64,000 nt of DNA, taken from contig SMSO01000037.1 in NCBI GenBank assembly GCA_004764695.1, positions 782,747 through 846,746 of the forward strand. The letters are read 5' to 3'. Every line of letters starts with the position of its first letter. The stretch's first letter is position 1. This stretch comes from Schizochytrium sp. TIO01. Its lineage: Eukaryota > Protista > Bigyra: Labyrinthulomycetes. Positions 23,061-35,565 of the stretch are shown here, piece by piece. A model generated the notes under the pieces. The model did not search any database and was not told the DNA's origin. It saw only the letters and a list, made by a program, of their open reading frames with translations. The translations under genes and the position numbers were made by a program.

Positions 23061-25064
23061 ATGCCTCGCGTACGACGCAATGGCGGCAAGAGCCAAAGCT
23101 CTTCGAACCCGGACCGTAAGGACAATGGAAAGGGAAACATGCGCTCCAAGGCAACGATTAAGCGTCTGAACATGTACAAGAGCGGTGCTCCCATCCGCAA
23201 CCGTCAGGGTAAAATCGTGGGCGGTGAGTTCATGCTCAACAACCAGACGGGCAATCGTCCCATGGACAAGATGTCTCGCATTGCCCCTAACCGCCGCTGG
23301 TTTGGAAACACTCGCGTGGTTGGCCAGAAGGAACTTGAAAACTTTCGCGAGCAGATGGCTGAGAAGGTCGCGGACCCTTACACGGTGGTCTTGAACCAGC
23401 GCAGACTGCCCATGAGTCTGCTCACGGACTCCAAAAAAGAGGCCAAAATGCACCTGCTGTCCTCCGAAAGTTACGAAAGCGTCTTCGGCCCCAAGAGACA
23501 GCGCAAACGCGCCAAGCTCTCAGCTGCGTCACTCGGAGAACTCGCTGCTGCTGCCCAGAAAAAGGGTGACACCTTCGAGACCGAGCAGGAGAACGTGGAA
23601 GCCACGACTGTGGATGGGCGCAACGGAGCCATTAATCTTCGCGAGAAGGTTTTCGAGAAAGGTCAGAGTAAACGTATCTGGCAAGAGCTTTACAAGGTAC
23701 TCGACTGTAGTGACGTTGTCATCCAGGTTCTCGATGTTCGAGACCCGATGGGAACTAGGTCCAAGAGGGTTGAGGACTACCTGAAAAAGGAGAAGCAGCA
23801 CAAGCATCTTATCTTTGTGCTGAACAAGGTAGATCTCGTACCGACATGGGTTACAAGAAGATGGGTTCGTCTTCTCTCAGAGGAGTACCCAACTCTCGCC
23901 TTCCACGCTAACATGACCAAGCCGTTCGGAAAGGGTGCCCTCATCCAGCTGCTCAGACAGTTTGCTTTGCTCCACCCGGAAAAGAAGCAGATCAGTGTTG
24001 GATTCATCGGATACCCTAACGCAGGAAAGAGTTCCATCATTAACACCCTGAGGTCCAAGAATGTGTGTAAGGTAGCCCCGATTCCTGGTGAGACCAAGAT
24101 CTGGCAGTACATTACGCTCTTTAAGAGGGTTTTTCTCATCGATTGTCCAGGTGTTGTATACCCCAACAATGACAGTGAAGCCGAGGTTGTCTTCAAGGGT
24201 GTTGTTCGTGCCGAACGCCTTGAGAGCCCCGACGATTACATTCCATTCCTTCTTGACCGCGTCCAGCCGGAATACGTGAGACGCACTTATGGCATTGACC
24301 AGTGGATGGACGGGGAGGATTTCCTGTCCCAGCTTGCCTACAAAAGAGGCCGTCTCTTGAAGAAGGGTGAGCCGGATATCCGAAGCGTTGCGCAAAAGGT
24401 CATCTATGACTTGCAGCGTGGACGCATTCCTTACTTCGTGCCGCCGCCAAAGAGCGAAGGACAAGAGGATGGCAATGAAGACGAGGAAGAAGATGCCGCA
24501 GAGGCTGCTGCCAAGCTCAGCCGAGCGAACAAGGCTGACGATGACTCTGATGACGAAGACGACGATGAGGACGGCAACCAGGGTAGCAAGAAGAAGAAGA
24601 CCTCGAAGCGCCTTGCTGTTCCATCCCAAGATTTTTCCCTTCTTCCGCAGAAGCAGTTTGACCTAATCAAGGAGGACGAGAATGATGATGAAGAAGAAGA
24701 AGAGGAGGTGGAAGAAGATGATGGAGAAGGCATCGATGAGGATGAAGATATGGAAGAGGATGACGAGGAGGAAGGCAAGGCCGTGGAAGACTCGAGCGAC
24801 GATGCTGAAGGTACGCCGAAGAAGGCTGCCCAGGCGAAGGGAAAGCAACCCAAAAAGAATGCTAAAACCCCGCAACAAGATGGTAAAGCCAAGCGCAAGA
24901 ACCAGAAACGCCGCCGCGCAAACACTGAAACGAGCTCCTCCGCAAAGTCGGTCAAGAAGTCCCGCATGAACGCCGCCATGGCCGCTCTCAAGGCTGCTGA
25001 AAGTGGCAAGTCTGGCAAGGCCAAGGCTGGCAAGCTTGGTGGTTGGGATGACCTTGACATGTAA
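23061..25064 (+). CDS. NOG2: Nucleolar GTP-binding protein 2 (NOG2/GNL2), circularly permuted GTPase
   Basis: NGP1NT motif [29 protein letters not shown]4 NKVD, G1 GYPNAGKS, G3 DCPG and an acidic/basic tail. Confidence 0.97.
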   Translation: MPRVRRNGGKSQSSSNPDRKDNGKGNMRSKATIKRLNMYKSGAPIRNRQGKIVGGEFMLNNQTGNRPMDKMSRIAPNRRWFGNTRVVGQKELENFREQMAEKVADPYTVVLNQRRLPMSLLTDSKKEAKMHLLSSESYESVFGPKRQRKRAKLSAASLGELAAAAQKKGDTFETEQENVEATTVDGRNGAINLREKVFEKGQSKRIWQELYKVLDCSDVVIQVLDVRDPMGTRSKRVEDYLKKEKQHKHLIFVLNKVDLVPTWVTRRWVRLLSEEYPTLAFHANMTKPFGKGALIQLLRQFALLHPEKKQISVGFIGYPNAGKSSIINTLRSKNVCKVAPIPGETKIWQYITLFKRVFLIDCPGVVYPNNDSEAEVVFKGVVRAERLESPDDYIPFLLDRVQPEYVRRTYGIDQWMDGEDFLSQLAYKRGRLLKKGEPDIRSVAQKVIYDLQRGRIPYFVPPPKSEGQEDGNEDEEEDAAEAAAKLSRANKADDDSDDEDDDEDGNQGSKKKKTSKRLAVPSQDFSLLPQKQFDLIKEDENDDEEEEEEVEEDDGEGIDEDEDMEEDDEEEGKAVEDSSDDAEGTPKKAAQAKGKQPKKNAKTPQQDGKAKRKNQKRRRANTETSSSAKSVKKSRMNAAMAALKAAESGKSGKAKAGKLGGWDDLDM

Positions 25065-25551
25065 GCACAAAGTTGACTCCATCTCCCGTTCATCTAATCT
25101 CGCCTTTCGTGTTTTTTTTTTTTACCCACCTATCTACCCTTGGTGCGCTCACTAATTCTAATGTTAGGTCCGTGCCTTACATACAATACACCAACGTTAC
25201 AAAGTAATACAAACAAGATACTGCCTACTTTTTTAATGCTGTTTATTCCTTGAATAGTTTGATGCTCAAGACTTGCCCACTTCCCAGTTTGAGCGCTTGA
25301 TTCTGTTGTTTTAGAGTACATTCAGATTTAAATCTTACCACCCAGGGTCGCCTTGGGTTGGGGTGATTCTGTGATTTATGTGTGGATGATTTGAAACTTT
25401 CAATTGACTATTTGTTCTTCCTATTTGCTGCCACAGACTAGATTGGTGCAGGGAGGGGGAGGGAGAGAGAAAGAATATATATGCAAGAACTACATCTCTA
25501 TTATTGTTCTATATGGCAAGTTGCAGATTACTAAACTAAGAAAAATATATC

Positions 25552-26388
25552 TTACTGTTTGGTAGCAGTAGAACCGTCTGCTTCAACGTTCTCTGTGGAA
25601 TCCTGCTGTTGCTCCTGAGCAGCCTTTTCCTGCTCCTCCTTTTCCTGGCGTGCCTTCAGAGCAGCCTCCGGGCCCTTTCCAGGAGCATACTCACGAGAAC
25701 CAAAGATACTGCTTCCCACACGTACACTCGTTGATCCATGCTCGATAGCGAGCTCAAAGTCGCCACTCATACCCATAGACATTTCAAAGGGTTTATCTGC
25801 AAGCTCAGGGTGCGCCTCCAAGACGTCCTTCTTGCACTGATTCAGGAGATCGAAGCACTCCGGTGAGACATCTCCAAGACGGCCAATAGTCATAAGGCCA
25901 GCAAAGTGGAGGTTTTCACACTCCTTGAGCACGTGCGAAACAAGAGCCACGCACCCAGAGGGCTCGATTCCAGATTTGCTATCTTCCCCAGAGGTGTTGA
26001 CCTGCACGAGGACGCGGAGCTTCTCAGAGCGGTCTTCCGGGACATTCTTGTCAAGCATGCTGGCAAGCTTTTGCGAGTGCACGCTCTCGACCATGTATAG
26101 ATTTGGGAGAGCAGCGATCTGTTTTGCTTTGTTTGATTGAAGCATTCCAATGAAGTGCCATTTGATATCTTGTGGCAAATTGGGTGCCTTGCCCACGAGC
26201 TCCTGCACGTAGTTTTCGCCGAAGTGACGCTGACCAGCTTCGTAGGCCTCCACGACCATGGAGTCAGGTTTTGTTTTGCTCACTGCCACAAGAACAGGCT
26301 CGGGACGACCGAGTTTTCCGCAAAGATCGGTGATACGACCGCGGACGCTGCGAAGGGCGCCTGCCACGCCTGTACCTGATGCGCTCAT
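25552..26388 (-). CDS. PLPBP: Pyridoxal phosphate homeostasis protein (PLPBP/PROSC/YggS)
   Basis: LVAVSKTKP, FGENYVQEL, WHFIGMLQSNK, QVNTSGEDSKSG, GLMTIG, SMGMSGD and VRVGSSIFG. Confidence 0.96.
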   Translation of the reverse strand: MSASGTGVAGALRSVRGRITDLCGKLGRPEPVLVAVSKTKPDSMVVEAYEAGQRHFGENYVQELVGKAPNLPQDIKWHFIGMLQSNKAKQIAALPNLYMVESVHSQKLASMLDKNVPEDRSEKLRVLVQVNTSGEDSKSGIEPSGCVALVSHVLKECENLHFAGLMTIGRLGDVSPECFDLLNQCKKDVLEAHPELADKPFEMSMGMSGDFELAIEHGSTSVRVGSSIFGSREYAPGKGPEAALKARQEKEEQEKAAQEQQQDSTENVEADGSTATKQ

Positions 26389-27622
26389 GATGATTCCTTT
26401 AGACAAGTGCAAGGACGGTAGAAAGAGATGTATCACTGAAGACGTGCCAAGGAGGAAACGTTTGAGGTCTTCGCTTGCTGTTTAGAGGTACAGTGTTCGA
26501 TTGCCTCTGGGTGGAAAGGCTTGAAATGGTTTTACAGGCTAGCAGACTCTAGATTGGTTGATGTCCTTTACTTGAGGCTCTCCAATGATCATATATTCAT
26601 AATTTTTAGTCTGCTACGTACACTTAACCCTAGTACTACTACTACTTCTACTACTATTATTTTCATGATTCTTTAGAACGTAAGGAAAGTAAGACCAAAT
26701 CAGCATGGACTCTATTTTTCCGGAGCAAATCTCTGCATGGTTTAACTTACGTAACACTGCTTCGAGAAAGCCACGTGCCTTTGATTGAGTACATCTTTAT
26801 AGTCGACATATTCAAAAGACTTATAATGTTAATTTATGACGGGATGGTGGCCAGCGTACATAATTTTCAGCAGGAATGGTAAACTTAGGTATAGAATCCG
26901 CAGCAGGAGCTCAGTTCTACAATGAAATCAAAAGCTCCCAACTCCAAGATCTAAGATCCTGAATAAGTGGCTACATTTTCTGTGCCTTGGGGAGGCACCC
27001 ATGCGTCTGGTCCTTATAAGCACAACGTCGTAAAACGTACTCCGAATTATCCTGATGGAGTTGAAAATCTGAAAGGTTATGGAAGGAGACAATCAAGAAA
27101 GAAAGTGTCATCAAACAAGAGCGGCATGTGGTTAAAAGAGGAGACCTCGACATATAGATTGTAAAGAAATAAAGAACATGATTTAGCTTGGTTTATTGTA
27201 AGCTTGGTTTGCCAAAATTATAAAAGTATGTGAGACTACTGAATGTAAAGATTTCACATTTGTTCAAGTCCACTGGTGCAAAGTTGCTTGTTCACATCAA
27301 GCCAGTGTCTTCCATGTTTGATTAGCCTTGTGTTCGCCCTGTAATGATTTATCTTGCATGTTGTACATTCACGCTTCAGAATTGAGCTATAAATGCACTA
27401 AAACTGCATGATTTTTCAATTAATCCCTTTAGGCAGGGGAAAACAGTACCAGCACAAGAAGCAATAGCAGAATTGTCTTACGAGAATTGTCTCTTTTTCG
27501 AAACGCCAATTTGCTTGTCGTTTTGATTTTAAGCGAATGCATTGCTCTTTGTTGAAGAGCATGTTGCTCGTACAGCTTTAGCTATCAAATTATTAAAAAT
27601 TGGTTGGTCTTTGGCATCAAGT

Positions 27623-27844
27623 TTATTGCGCCCATGAGTCGCGTCTATCAACACCGCCTTCCTGAAACTTGTAGCGGGTCTGCTCAAGTTTTGCTTCAAG
27701 CTTCTTGCGGCTTGTGAAGGCAGATGAGACACGGCGGCGGAAGCTGGTAAGCGCCTTGGAACTTGACTTCTTCAGCGTATAAGCCAAAGTCTCGTCTGGG
27801 CCGTACGCGCCAGGAGGGGGGCCTTCGGTCACCTCGCGGTTCAT
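27623..27844 (-). CDS. Small 73-aa basic protein with one PPPGAY (sperm-tail PG-rich-like) motif
   Basis: GC-rich, coding-like island in AT-rich DNA. The CAAG-ATG start context is shared with several clear genes in this window. Contains GPPPGAY. Confidence 0.55.
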   Translation of the reverse strand: MNREVTEGPPPGAYGPDETLAYTLKKSSSKALTSFRRRVSSAFTSRKKLEAKLEQTRYKFQEGGVDRRDSWAQ

Positions 27845-29028
27845 CTTGCTACCCTGAGACTTTGCTCAAATGCCACTCCAACGTTCTTGCGTTTCTGTTT
27901 TGCTGAGGACCTAGAAGGTATGCGCTCTACATTTGTAATTTTGAGTTTGGTCTTTTCAATTATATGAGCTATCCCTCATCTCCTTTTATGTAGTCATTAC
28001 TATAGGCCCAAACACTTTTTAACAAAAATATTAAACAAAAATTGAAAAACATGTTTCAATTCTGTCGGCCTGAGTGTAAACAGTGTGCACTATAATTTGC
28101 AATAAAAGTCAGCACTGTTAAGCTTGCAAGGTTTGTGTCGCATTAGTAAAGAAAACAAAAGAAAAGAAACAGGGCTGGCTGCGTTAGCAGATGATCTAAT
28201 AAGATTCGAAGTTCCCCGCCTACCAACCAAGCTCCTCGTTTTACTTGACGAAATTTATACTTTGACAAAGAAATGTCATCTTCCACCCCTCTCTTTTCTT
28301 TTTCTTTTTCTTTTTCTTCTTCTTCTTCTTCTTTTTCTTATAAATAGAAAGTATGAAGGCAACACAAGTCACATCACATACCTACAACACTCAGCATAGG
28401 TGAGTAGGAGCGATAGCTCATTTGAACATGTAAAATATAATATACTTCTTTCACTCTCTGTACTTATTTCTTTTTTCAAGTGCCAATTTTCAATCTTTTC
28501 TGTCACAATTAGGAGTGCACGCGCTGCACGCGCGGAGCCTTTAAAGTTCTTCACTCCCTGTAGAGGTATGTCGCACTTCCAGACATTCGTATAGCGGTCG
28601 GTGCTAGAGGTTGAGACCTGCACCACGCGCGCTGTACTTTGCACATGTATATAAGGCTTTTGGTTGAAGGAGCTTGGAGTTTTCACCAGTCTGTGCGCAT
28701 TATGGCAAATCAGGAAGAGTGCACGTTCAATCCCTTGGACACCGCTACCAATGATTGGAACATTTATTTAATTAAAAAATAAAAGAAGAAACAGGTCAGC
28801 ACGACGGACATGATCTACCTCAGAGTCGTGCAACAAAAACACTGGCCCGTGCCCTTTTCTTACATGTTCCTTGGGTGAGGGTAGGTACTTCAAAACGATA
28901 GACTGATTGATTGCCAGTATGAAACTGAACTTAACGTGAAGAGGCAAAGACCCTTTCCTCCTCTTAATAATATACAATTTTGTGATAAATACTAATAAAC
29001 ACCCAAAACTACTACATATTATGGCCCC

Positions 29029-29064
29029 TTATTATATTATATAATATTATATAATATTATATAT
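29029..29064. repeat. AT-only low-complexity repeat (TATATAATAT units)
   Basis: attatattatataatattatataatattatata is seen directly. Confidence 0.85.
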
Positions 29065-31782
29065 TCTTTCTCCTCAGGCTCTTTCTCTTTTTCTTTTTCC
29101 TTCGTTGTTTTCCTAGGTTTTACAGAGATTCTTGGAAGTGCAAAATGTGCATGAGCAACGACGGACGCCCTTTGATAGATAGAGGGCGCTTGGCAAGTTA
29201 GAAGAGATGCGAAGAGCCCACGCACTGATGAGAAAGGTATATATATACATCTGCACTACTGCTGTCAAGCCACCACACCATGGACAATAGCCAGCGTCTG
29301 GAGTCCAGGCTTTATCCCAAAGTACACTTATTTAAACAGCAATTTGAAGAGTACCTCTTCTGCTGCCAATAATTCAAGTAAGGAACTTGCAGGTAGGCAG
29401 CATTGGCGCAAAGCTCGATATCACCTTGAACTCGTTTCTTAAAGTCGCCCTTTTGATAAACATAATCTACACTTCCAAGGCTTTAAAACTTCCCAAGGGA
29501 AGCAAGATTTCAGAATTCCAAGGCGCGCGACCTAATATATCACTCAATCGAGCAAGAACCTTCTCTTCGATTGGTCTGATATTTGCAATTTCTTAATTGT
29601 AAATTATGGAAGCTAGGTCCTATAAGCCATGAATTATTTCCCCCTTGTGAACTCACTGCCACTATGGCGGAGCAGAGTGGTTATTTTCAACAGGGAATAC
29701 TGGAGGAAATAGAGAGAAGCACTGCGAAGTGGCCATGAGTTCTCTCGTGTAGCAACCAAGCCATGTATTTCGCTTGTACAAAACTGCTACCTGCTGCTAC
29801 GAAAACATTGCGTTTACTAGAGAGATGGAATGTTTCTTGATACGCGTACTACCACAGCGTGATCTTAATACATAACAAAGGAAGACTAAAAATTAATGGC
29901 GCAGTTTCATATCCTTCATCTAAGCATCTAAAGAACTACGAATTGCAGCGCAGCAGTTTCTTGTGGTGGTAGAACTACTAGAGGTAAATAGTATATTATA
30001 TGAGGTTGCATGAGAAAACAAGTAACTCAGTAGTGAGATACTTTCGCTCATCATTTTCCAGCGCCAGAATTGCACAATGCATGATCTAACTCGATCTAAC
30101 ACCGATTGCGTAGGAAGTTTGACAATTATAAACGAAATCGCAAATTTGTCTTCCCATGACATAATAAGCGGAAGAGATTCGACTAAAGATTTTAAAGGAA
30201 GAAAAACCGGGTAGTACCGTTAGGTTTCAACGCTATGAATTGATTCTTGTTTTCTACTCAAAATACTACGAAAGTCTTGCTAACGAGACAGCTGAGGTCT
30301 ACAATGTCGTGGATACGTATTCCCCCCTTCCCCTCTCTATTTCTCAATTTAACTTCATCAATTGTCGTGGTGAACGAGGGGATGCTCATTGGTGAAAGCT
30401 GCTAAGCTACCTCATCTAGCTTCCACTTTTGTTATGAAAAGCAAGTGCACACCTGGTTAGAGGTCCCAACGGATTTATGAAGTGATGAAGTGGAGTTCTG
30501 TGCATAACAGTATGCATGAAGGATCCGGTGAAAATGGATGCGCAGCTGTGGCGACGGGAACGATGGAACCAAGCTGCCATATACGGACAAACTAAAAAAC
30601 TTCAATATCGCTGAAGAAGGTGCCATTTGAATAAAGCTCGCGTTCCAGATATCACTACTTTAAAAACTCAAGGGTAGGTGTTGGGCTAGGTCAAAACCTT
30701 GCGCTTTCTAGCTCATCACAGCCCGGTATTGAAATGGTAGAGTGAACGAGAATTGCCTAGACATTAGTAGAGGGTTTCATGTTTTCTATGTAAATTTAAA
30801 GCACAGCTTATTTTAAACCTTGCGAGAACACTTCTCTGTTACTACTAGTACCTAGAAGCACACTGAGACCTTTAAAGAATTTAGCCGGTGCCGCTTTGAA
30901 CCGGTATAGCACCAGCAAGCTTCGAAATAATTATACTCGCATTCAAAGTACACACGGTCAGTATAACATTCATCACGCGAGACAAGCACAGCAAATTTCG
31001 TTGCTTCTGCGTCGCGCAGAAAAGGCTGTACAGCGACGAGCGCTTGGCTAGAGCATCTGCGTTTACAGGTGCAAGAACACTCTTCTTCATAATTTCTTCC
31101 GTGAGGCTGGTTCTTGGTGTACTTGCTTTGCAGAAAAGTCCATTTTCTACAATCCGCTTTGAGCAAGTGAAAACAGTGCTCGTTTGCAATCCTGTGCACG
31201 CTCGGGTTTGTGCAAGGTATTAAAAGGCCAAAGCTAATTTTGGTGCTTGTTGCGTTGGCGAGCTAGCACTTCAGCAATTAGACATTGTGGGCGTACTTTG
31301 AATTTCTTGAAAGCAACAAGAGACGCCGTCTTGACTGTTCATCCTTCATCGAGTAGTCCGAGCAGTCAAAAGACGTGCAAGGATTTAGAAGAAGCGACAG
31401 TGCGGCGAAGTTGTATAGCAATATAGAAGCACTCTAGCTCATTCTCGACTGAAGTTCCCCACATCCGAAATCATCTAGCTTGCCTTCTAAAGCGTGTTTT
31501 GAATATACAAAGAAGGAATACATTTGGCCTCTCCTCGTTTATATCTTTTCTGGGCTGTCCAGCCCTGCGCTAAGCTTTTTAACTTGTGAAGCCGTGCGCT
31601 TGGGCAGACCCTTGCCCAGGCGATCTGTCTAGGACAAGCTGTCGCACAGTTCTCTGGCCCCTACTGCGTGGGGTCCAGCTCCTACAAAGGTCGAAAGCAA
31701 AGAGGATCAGGAAGAATTTGTTGAAGAGTCAAAATTAGACGCACCAGACTCGCCTATCAGTGCCAGTATTAACGAAGTCACC

Positions 31783-34287
31783 ATGCCTGATGACGCGACC
31801 GATACTGAATCTGGCGCAGTGCCAGAAAACATTGTCTTTGACCTGCCTAAAGGAGGGAAGATTGTGATGACAGAGATTGGCCCTATCCAATTTGGGATTC
31901 CCCCGGAGACTATTAAAGATAGTATGGTACTGGGCCTGGGCATTCCTGCATTCTTTGTGGTCCCTACAGAACGCTTTGTAAAGAAGTTCGGTCCTAGTCA
32001 AGGAATAAATGTGGCCGAGTTTGAGTTTCCTGCGTACTGTAACTTTTTCTTCAAAAATGGCAAGCGTGTTTGCCTTGTGGTGAACTCCGAAGATGTCAAA
32101 ACGCGCATTCAGAACGTATTCCAGGAGACTCTCCTTGGACCCCGTGAGTGGGATCCTGAGGTCGATTTTGCTGCAGATTACCCGGTAGAGAAACGTCCAG
32201 ACCTGGTTAAGGAGCTGGAATATTTTCGTCATTTCGGCGACAAATTGATCACTGTTGATCTATTGATATCTTTCGCCATATTCGATGAGGCAACGGGTCG
32301 TGTGAAACTTCCCTCTGAGGATGGCTCTACCTTCATTGAAATTCTTCGTGCAGACGACAAATACTATGTATTCGATTCCGCTGGGCGCGAAATCGCGGCA
32401 TTGGAAGAGCGAGTTCGAATCCCTCCTACACCCATTCCTGATCCCAACGTTGACGGACCAGTCTTCAAACCCCCGCTTTTCGGTGTTACTGTTTTAGGCA
32501 GCTCACACGGTTTTGACCCTAAGGGAAAGACCTCAGGCTATGTTCTTTGGATTAATCGCCGTGGCCTCATGGTTGACCCACCTCCAAATTCATCTGTACT
32601 TCTCCAGGAGAATAACATTGCACCATCCCTGATCGATGCTGTGATTGTGACTCATTGTCATGCTGATCACGATGCAGGGACCTTTCAGAAAATTCTCCAG
32701 GAAGGCAAGGTCACATTAATGACGACACCTACCATTCATGGATGTTTTCTTCGTAAGTATGCGGCTCTTTCTGGTCTTGATGAAGCCTTTCTTGAAAATG
32801 TGTTCTCATTTCGCCCCGTTCTGGTAGGATCGGATGTAAAGTGCCGCGGGGGCTACCTTCGATTCTTCTATAGTTTACATTCGATTCCATGTGTAGGTTT
32901 CGAGGCATTTTTTGGTGGTCGAAGCATTGTGTTCTCTGCAGATCACATGAACGACCCAGCGCGTATCCGCAAGCTCTGTGAAGATGGAGTCCTTTCAACA
33001 GGTCGTCGGGACGCCCTGCTTGATTTCCCTTGGAGTCGGGATTTGATTCTTCACGAAGCAGGTGTACCACCAATCCACACACCAATGGAAACCCTGAGCG
33101 CTCTTCCAGACGATGTTAAAAAGCGCCTCTATGTTGTTCATGTCTCACTCGACAAAATCCCTGAGGGGTCTGGCTTGCAAGCGGCCATCCCTGGGGTGGA
33201 GCACACCATTATTGTAGACGGCGTGGAGAAACCTCATCATTCCCGTGCTCTTGAGATTCTTGATTTAGTCTCTTCGATTCCATTATTTTCCCATCTTACA
33301 GTCAAGCATGCATCTGATATTCTCTCATTTTGCAGAATTGAAGACATCAAGGCTGGTGAATGTATCGTTCGAAAAGGTGATGTTGGCACTTGCTTTTATG
33401 CCGTCATGTCAGGCCGTTGCGAAGTGCGCGTATCAAACGAGGCAAGCTATAGAAAAGCTTCCCGTGAATTTTACTCGGGCAGTAATCGTGATGAGGAGGA
33501 GCAGAAGGGGAATCAAACAACACGCAGTGAAGACAACTCAATTGATAAGATTGGTACCGACTCACCGCGCAAGAGCATTACAGTGAAGACTTACTATGCT
33601 GGCGATTACTTTGGTGAGCAGGCCCTCATTACTGAAAACGCAACTCGCACGGCTGATATATTTGCAATTGTTGATGTGAAGCTCTTAAAATTAGAACGGC
33701 AAGACTTTTATTGGATGCTGCAAGGAACCGACGTTCTTCAAAGAATGGATCGTTTGGTCGCAATGCGGCAGTCAGGAAGCTGGGCGACCATCAGTGCCAA
33801 CTCGCTCTTGCGTATGCTCTCAGAGTCACAAAAAACCCAACTGGAGACAATCTTTGAGCGAAGAACCTTCAGCGAGGGAGAGGACATTTGGTGTGCCGGA
33901 GATCCCATTGAGTATGCTTGTGTTATCGAATCGGGTCGAGTAAGCTGCTCGGATCCAAATCTTTTACTAAACGAGGCTATGAAGCAAAGTGTGTCAAAGA
34001 ACATCTCAAGTGCTGGTTCTCTCCACGGGGGAAGTATGGGAAGCACTGGTTCGAAGCGGAATCGCAGACAATCAGCTCGGTACAGTTTTAGTGGCAATAA
34101 CACATACGCAAGAGGTGCTTTGATCCTCGAAACTGATGGCATTCTTGAGAACACGCCACATACACTGAATACAAGAGCTGTGGAGACAACTTCGTGCTTA
34201 CTTATCCCTCGCGATGGGCTCGTGGAGTTTTTTAAGGGCAATCCTGGTTTCCTACTCAGTGTAATCCACACCCGATGCATCACATAG
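31783..34287 (+). CDS. Metallo-beta-lactamase-fold cyclic nucleotide phosphodiesterase with two cNMP-binding domains (Dictyostelium PdeD/PdeE-like)
   Basis: IQFGIPPETIKD, LGSSHGFDPKG, VDPP, THCHADHDAG, HSIPC, HEAGVPPIHT; CNB motif GDYFGEQAL...RTAD and a second, degenerate CNB. The frame is open without ATG back to 31633, so an upstream exon is possible. Confidence 0.9.
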   Translation: MPDDATDTESGAVPENIVFDLPKGGKIVMTEIGPIQFGIPPETIKDSMVLGLGIPAFFVVPTERFVKKFGPSQGINVAEFEFPAYCNFFFKNGKRVCLVVNSEDVKTRIQNVFQETLLGPREWDPEVDFAADYPVEKRPDLVKELEYFRHFGDKLITVDLLISFAIFDEATGRVKLPSEDGSTFIEILRADDKYYVFDSAGREIAALEERVRIPPTPIPDPNVDGPVFKPPLFGVTVLGSSHGFDPKGKTSGYVLWINRRGLMVDPPPNSSVLLQENNIAPSLIDAVIVTHCHADHDAGTFQKILQEGKVTLMTTPTIHGCFLRKYAALSGLDEAFLENVFSFRPVLVGSDVKCRGGYLRFFYSLHSIPCVGFEAFFGGRSIVFSADHMNDPARIRKLCEDGVLSTGRRDALLDFPWSRDLILHEAGVPPIHTPMETLSALPDDVKKRLYVVHVSLDKIPEGSGLQAAIPGVEHTIIVDGVEKPHHSRALEILDLVSSIPLFSHLTVKHASDILSFCRIEDIKAGECIVRKGDVGTCFYAVMSGRCEVRVSNEASYRKASREFYSGSNRDEEEQKGNQTTRSEDNSIDKIGTDSPRKSITVKTYYAGDYFGEQALITENATRTADIFAIVDVKLLKLERQDFYWMLQGTDVLQRMDRLVAMRQSGSWATISANSLLRMLSESQKTQLETIFERRTFSEGEDIWCAGDPIEYACVIESGRVSCSDPNLLLNEAMKQSVSKNISSAGSLHGGSMGSTGSKRNRRQSARYSFSGNNTYARGALILETDGILENTPHTLNTRAVETTSCLLIPRDGLVEFFKGNPGFLLSVIHTRCIT

Positions 34288-35565
34288 GCTGCGTATGGCT
34301 CTGCTTACTTGATGTTAATCTTGCTGTTCATCGTGAAGATAGTGATGATGTTGATGATGTTGATGGCATTGATGACATTCTTAACCACAATCCACTGTCA
34401 AAAGGGTAATAATGTTCTTACTGTCTTTCTAGCTGCTGCTCTCCAGCGGTACTATTGTTTGTGCGCTAAAATATAAGTTGTCTCTTTAGAATGCTCGAAG
34501 TTGGCAAACCAATTTATAAGGTCTTCAGCTTTTACCTGGCTACGCTATACAAGTAGTGATTGATCTGAAATGCACAATCTATAGCCAATACAATAGCGTT
34601 GTTTTGGTGATGGCGCTCTTGATGGGAGAGTGGTCTACTTTCTTTTCGTTTTATATGTATGCAAAGTATATTCATGTTGATTTTTTTTAATTTAGCTTTT
34701 GTCTTCTTTGGATTGCATACGAAATAATAAAACCTGAGCTTAGTATATTATTCGTCTGAATTCTCAGATAACTTATATTAGTTTGGGTAGCCATACTTTA
34801 TACCTGTACAACAGTAGAGAAAGAAGAGAAAATTAATTAAATGTATTAAATATCTCTATCTAAGTAAGACAGCCTCTAACTAGCTCAAAACTAATTCTCA
34901 ACCTTTCTACTTAAATAGTTATTACTTCGTGTATTTTACTTTTGAGCACTGGCAGTCCTTTTTCTATTCAATCGGGCATATTCAATTAAAGGAATGTATC
35001 AAGAAAGAATAGAACACCTCTTTCGCACCTAAAAACAGTCGGTAAACATTCCGAAGTTGCTCTAGACCAGATCGAATATTGAGTTGTCATGCATTCTGTA
35101 ACAAAGGCTGGAATCATCGTACTAATTCGCTAATGTTTTGGGTACTGCCAGTCAGAATTTGATAAAAAGCGCTTCAGGTACTGCAAGAGTACTACAGAAC
35201 AAAAATAAAATAGGTTCCATGACAAAAATTTTTCTTTTGTTTTTATTTTCTATCGTCTAATGTTTTCATCCAGCTAGTGAGACAATCAGTGACGCTGTGT
35301 ACCCAGACCATCAGTGCCAATCATTCCGTGCCAAAACTCCAAAGCTCTTATTTTTCCTCGCAGTGATGGTCGATATTTCTGGCAGAAGAACTTTCCATCC
35401 TTAAGACAAGTTTCATACGCGAAGCTCAACATCCTAGAAAACCCCGCAGAAGATGGATTTTGAAGTGATCTTATACCGTCTTTCTTGCACGATCCTCATC
35501 ACCTGAACATTCGCCACATCCCCAAGAAACCATACTCTCTCTCGTATCATAGCTATGCATAGTCC

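Noticed and set aside
27866-27868. In-frame TGA upstream of the 73-aa ORF as possible selenocysteine or readthrough
   Set aside because: No redox motif context and no SECIS that I can identify; a 5'UTR stop is the simpler explanation.
28700-28755. tRNA-like A-box (TGGCAAATCAGG), B-box (GTTCAATCC) and terminal ACCA; on the minus strand, CA-T-TGGTAGCG resembles an LTR end plus primer-binding site
   Set aside because: The A-B box spacing (~22 nt) is too short, no cloverleaf can be folded, and no second LTR or gag/pol remnant was found nearby.
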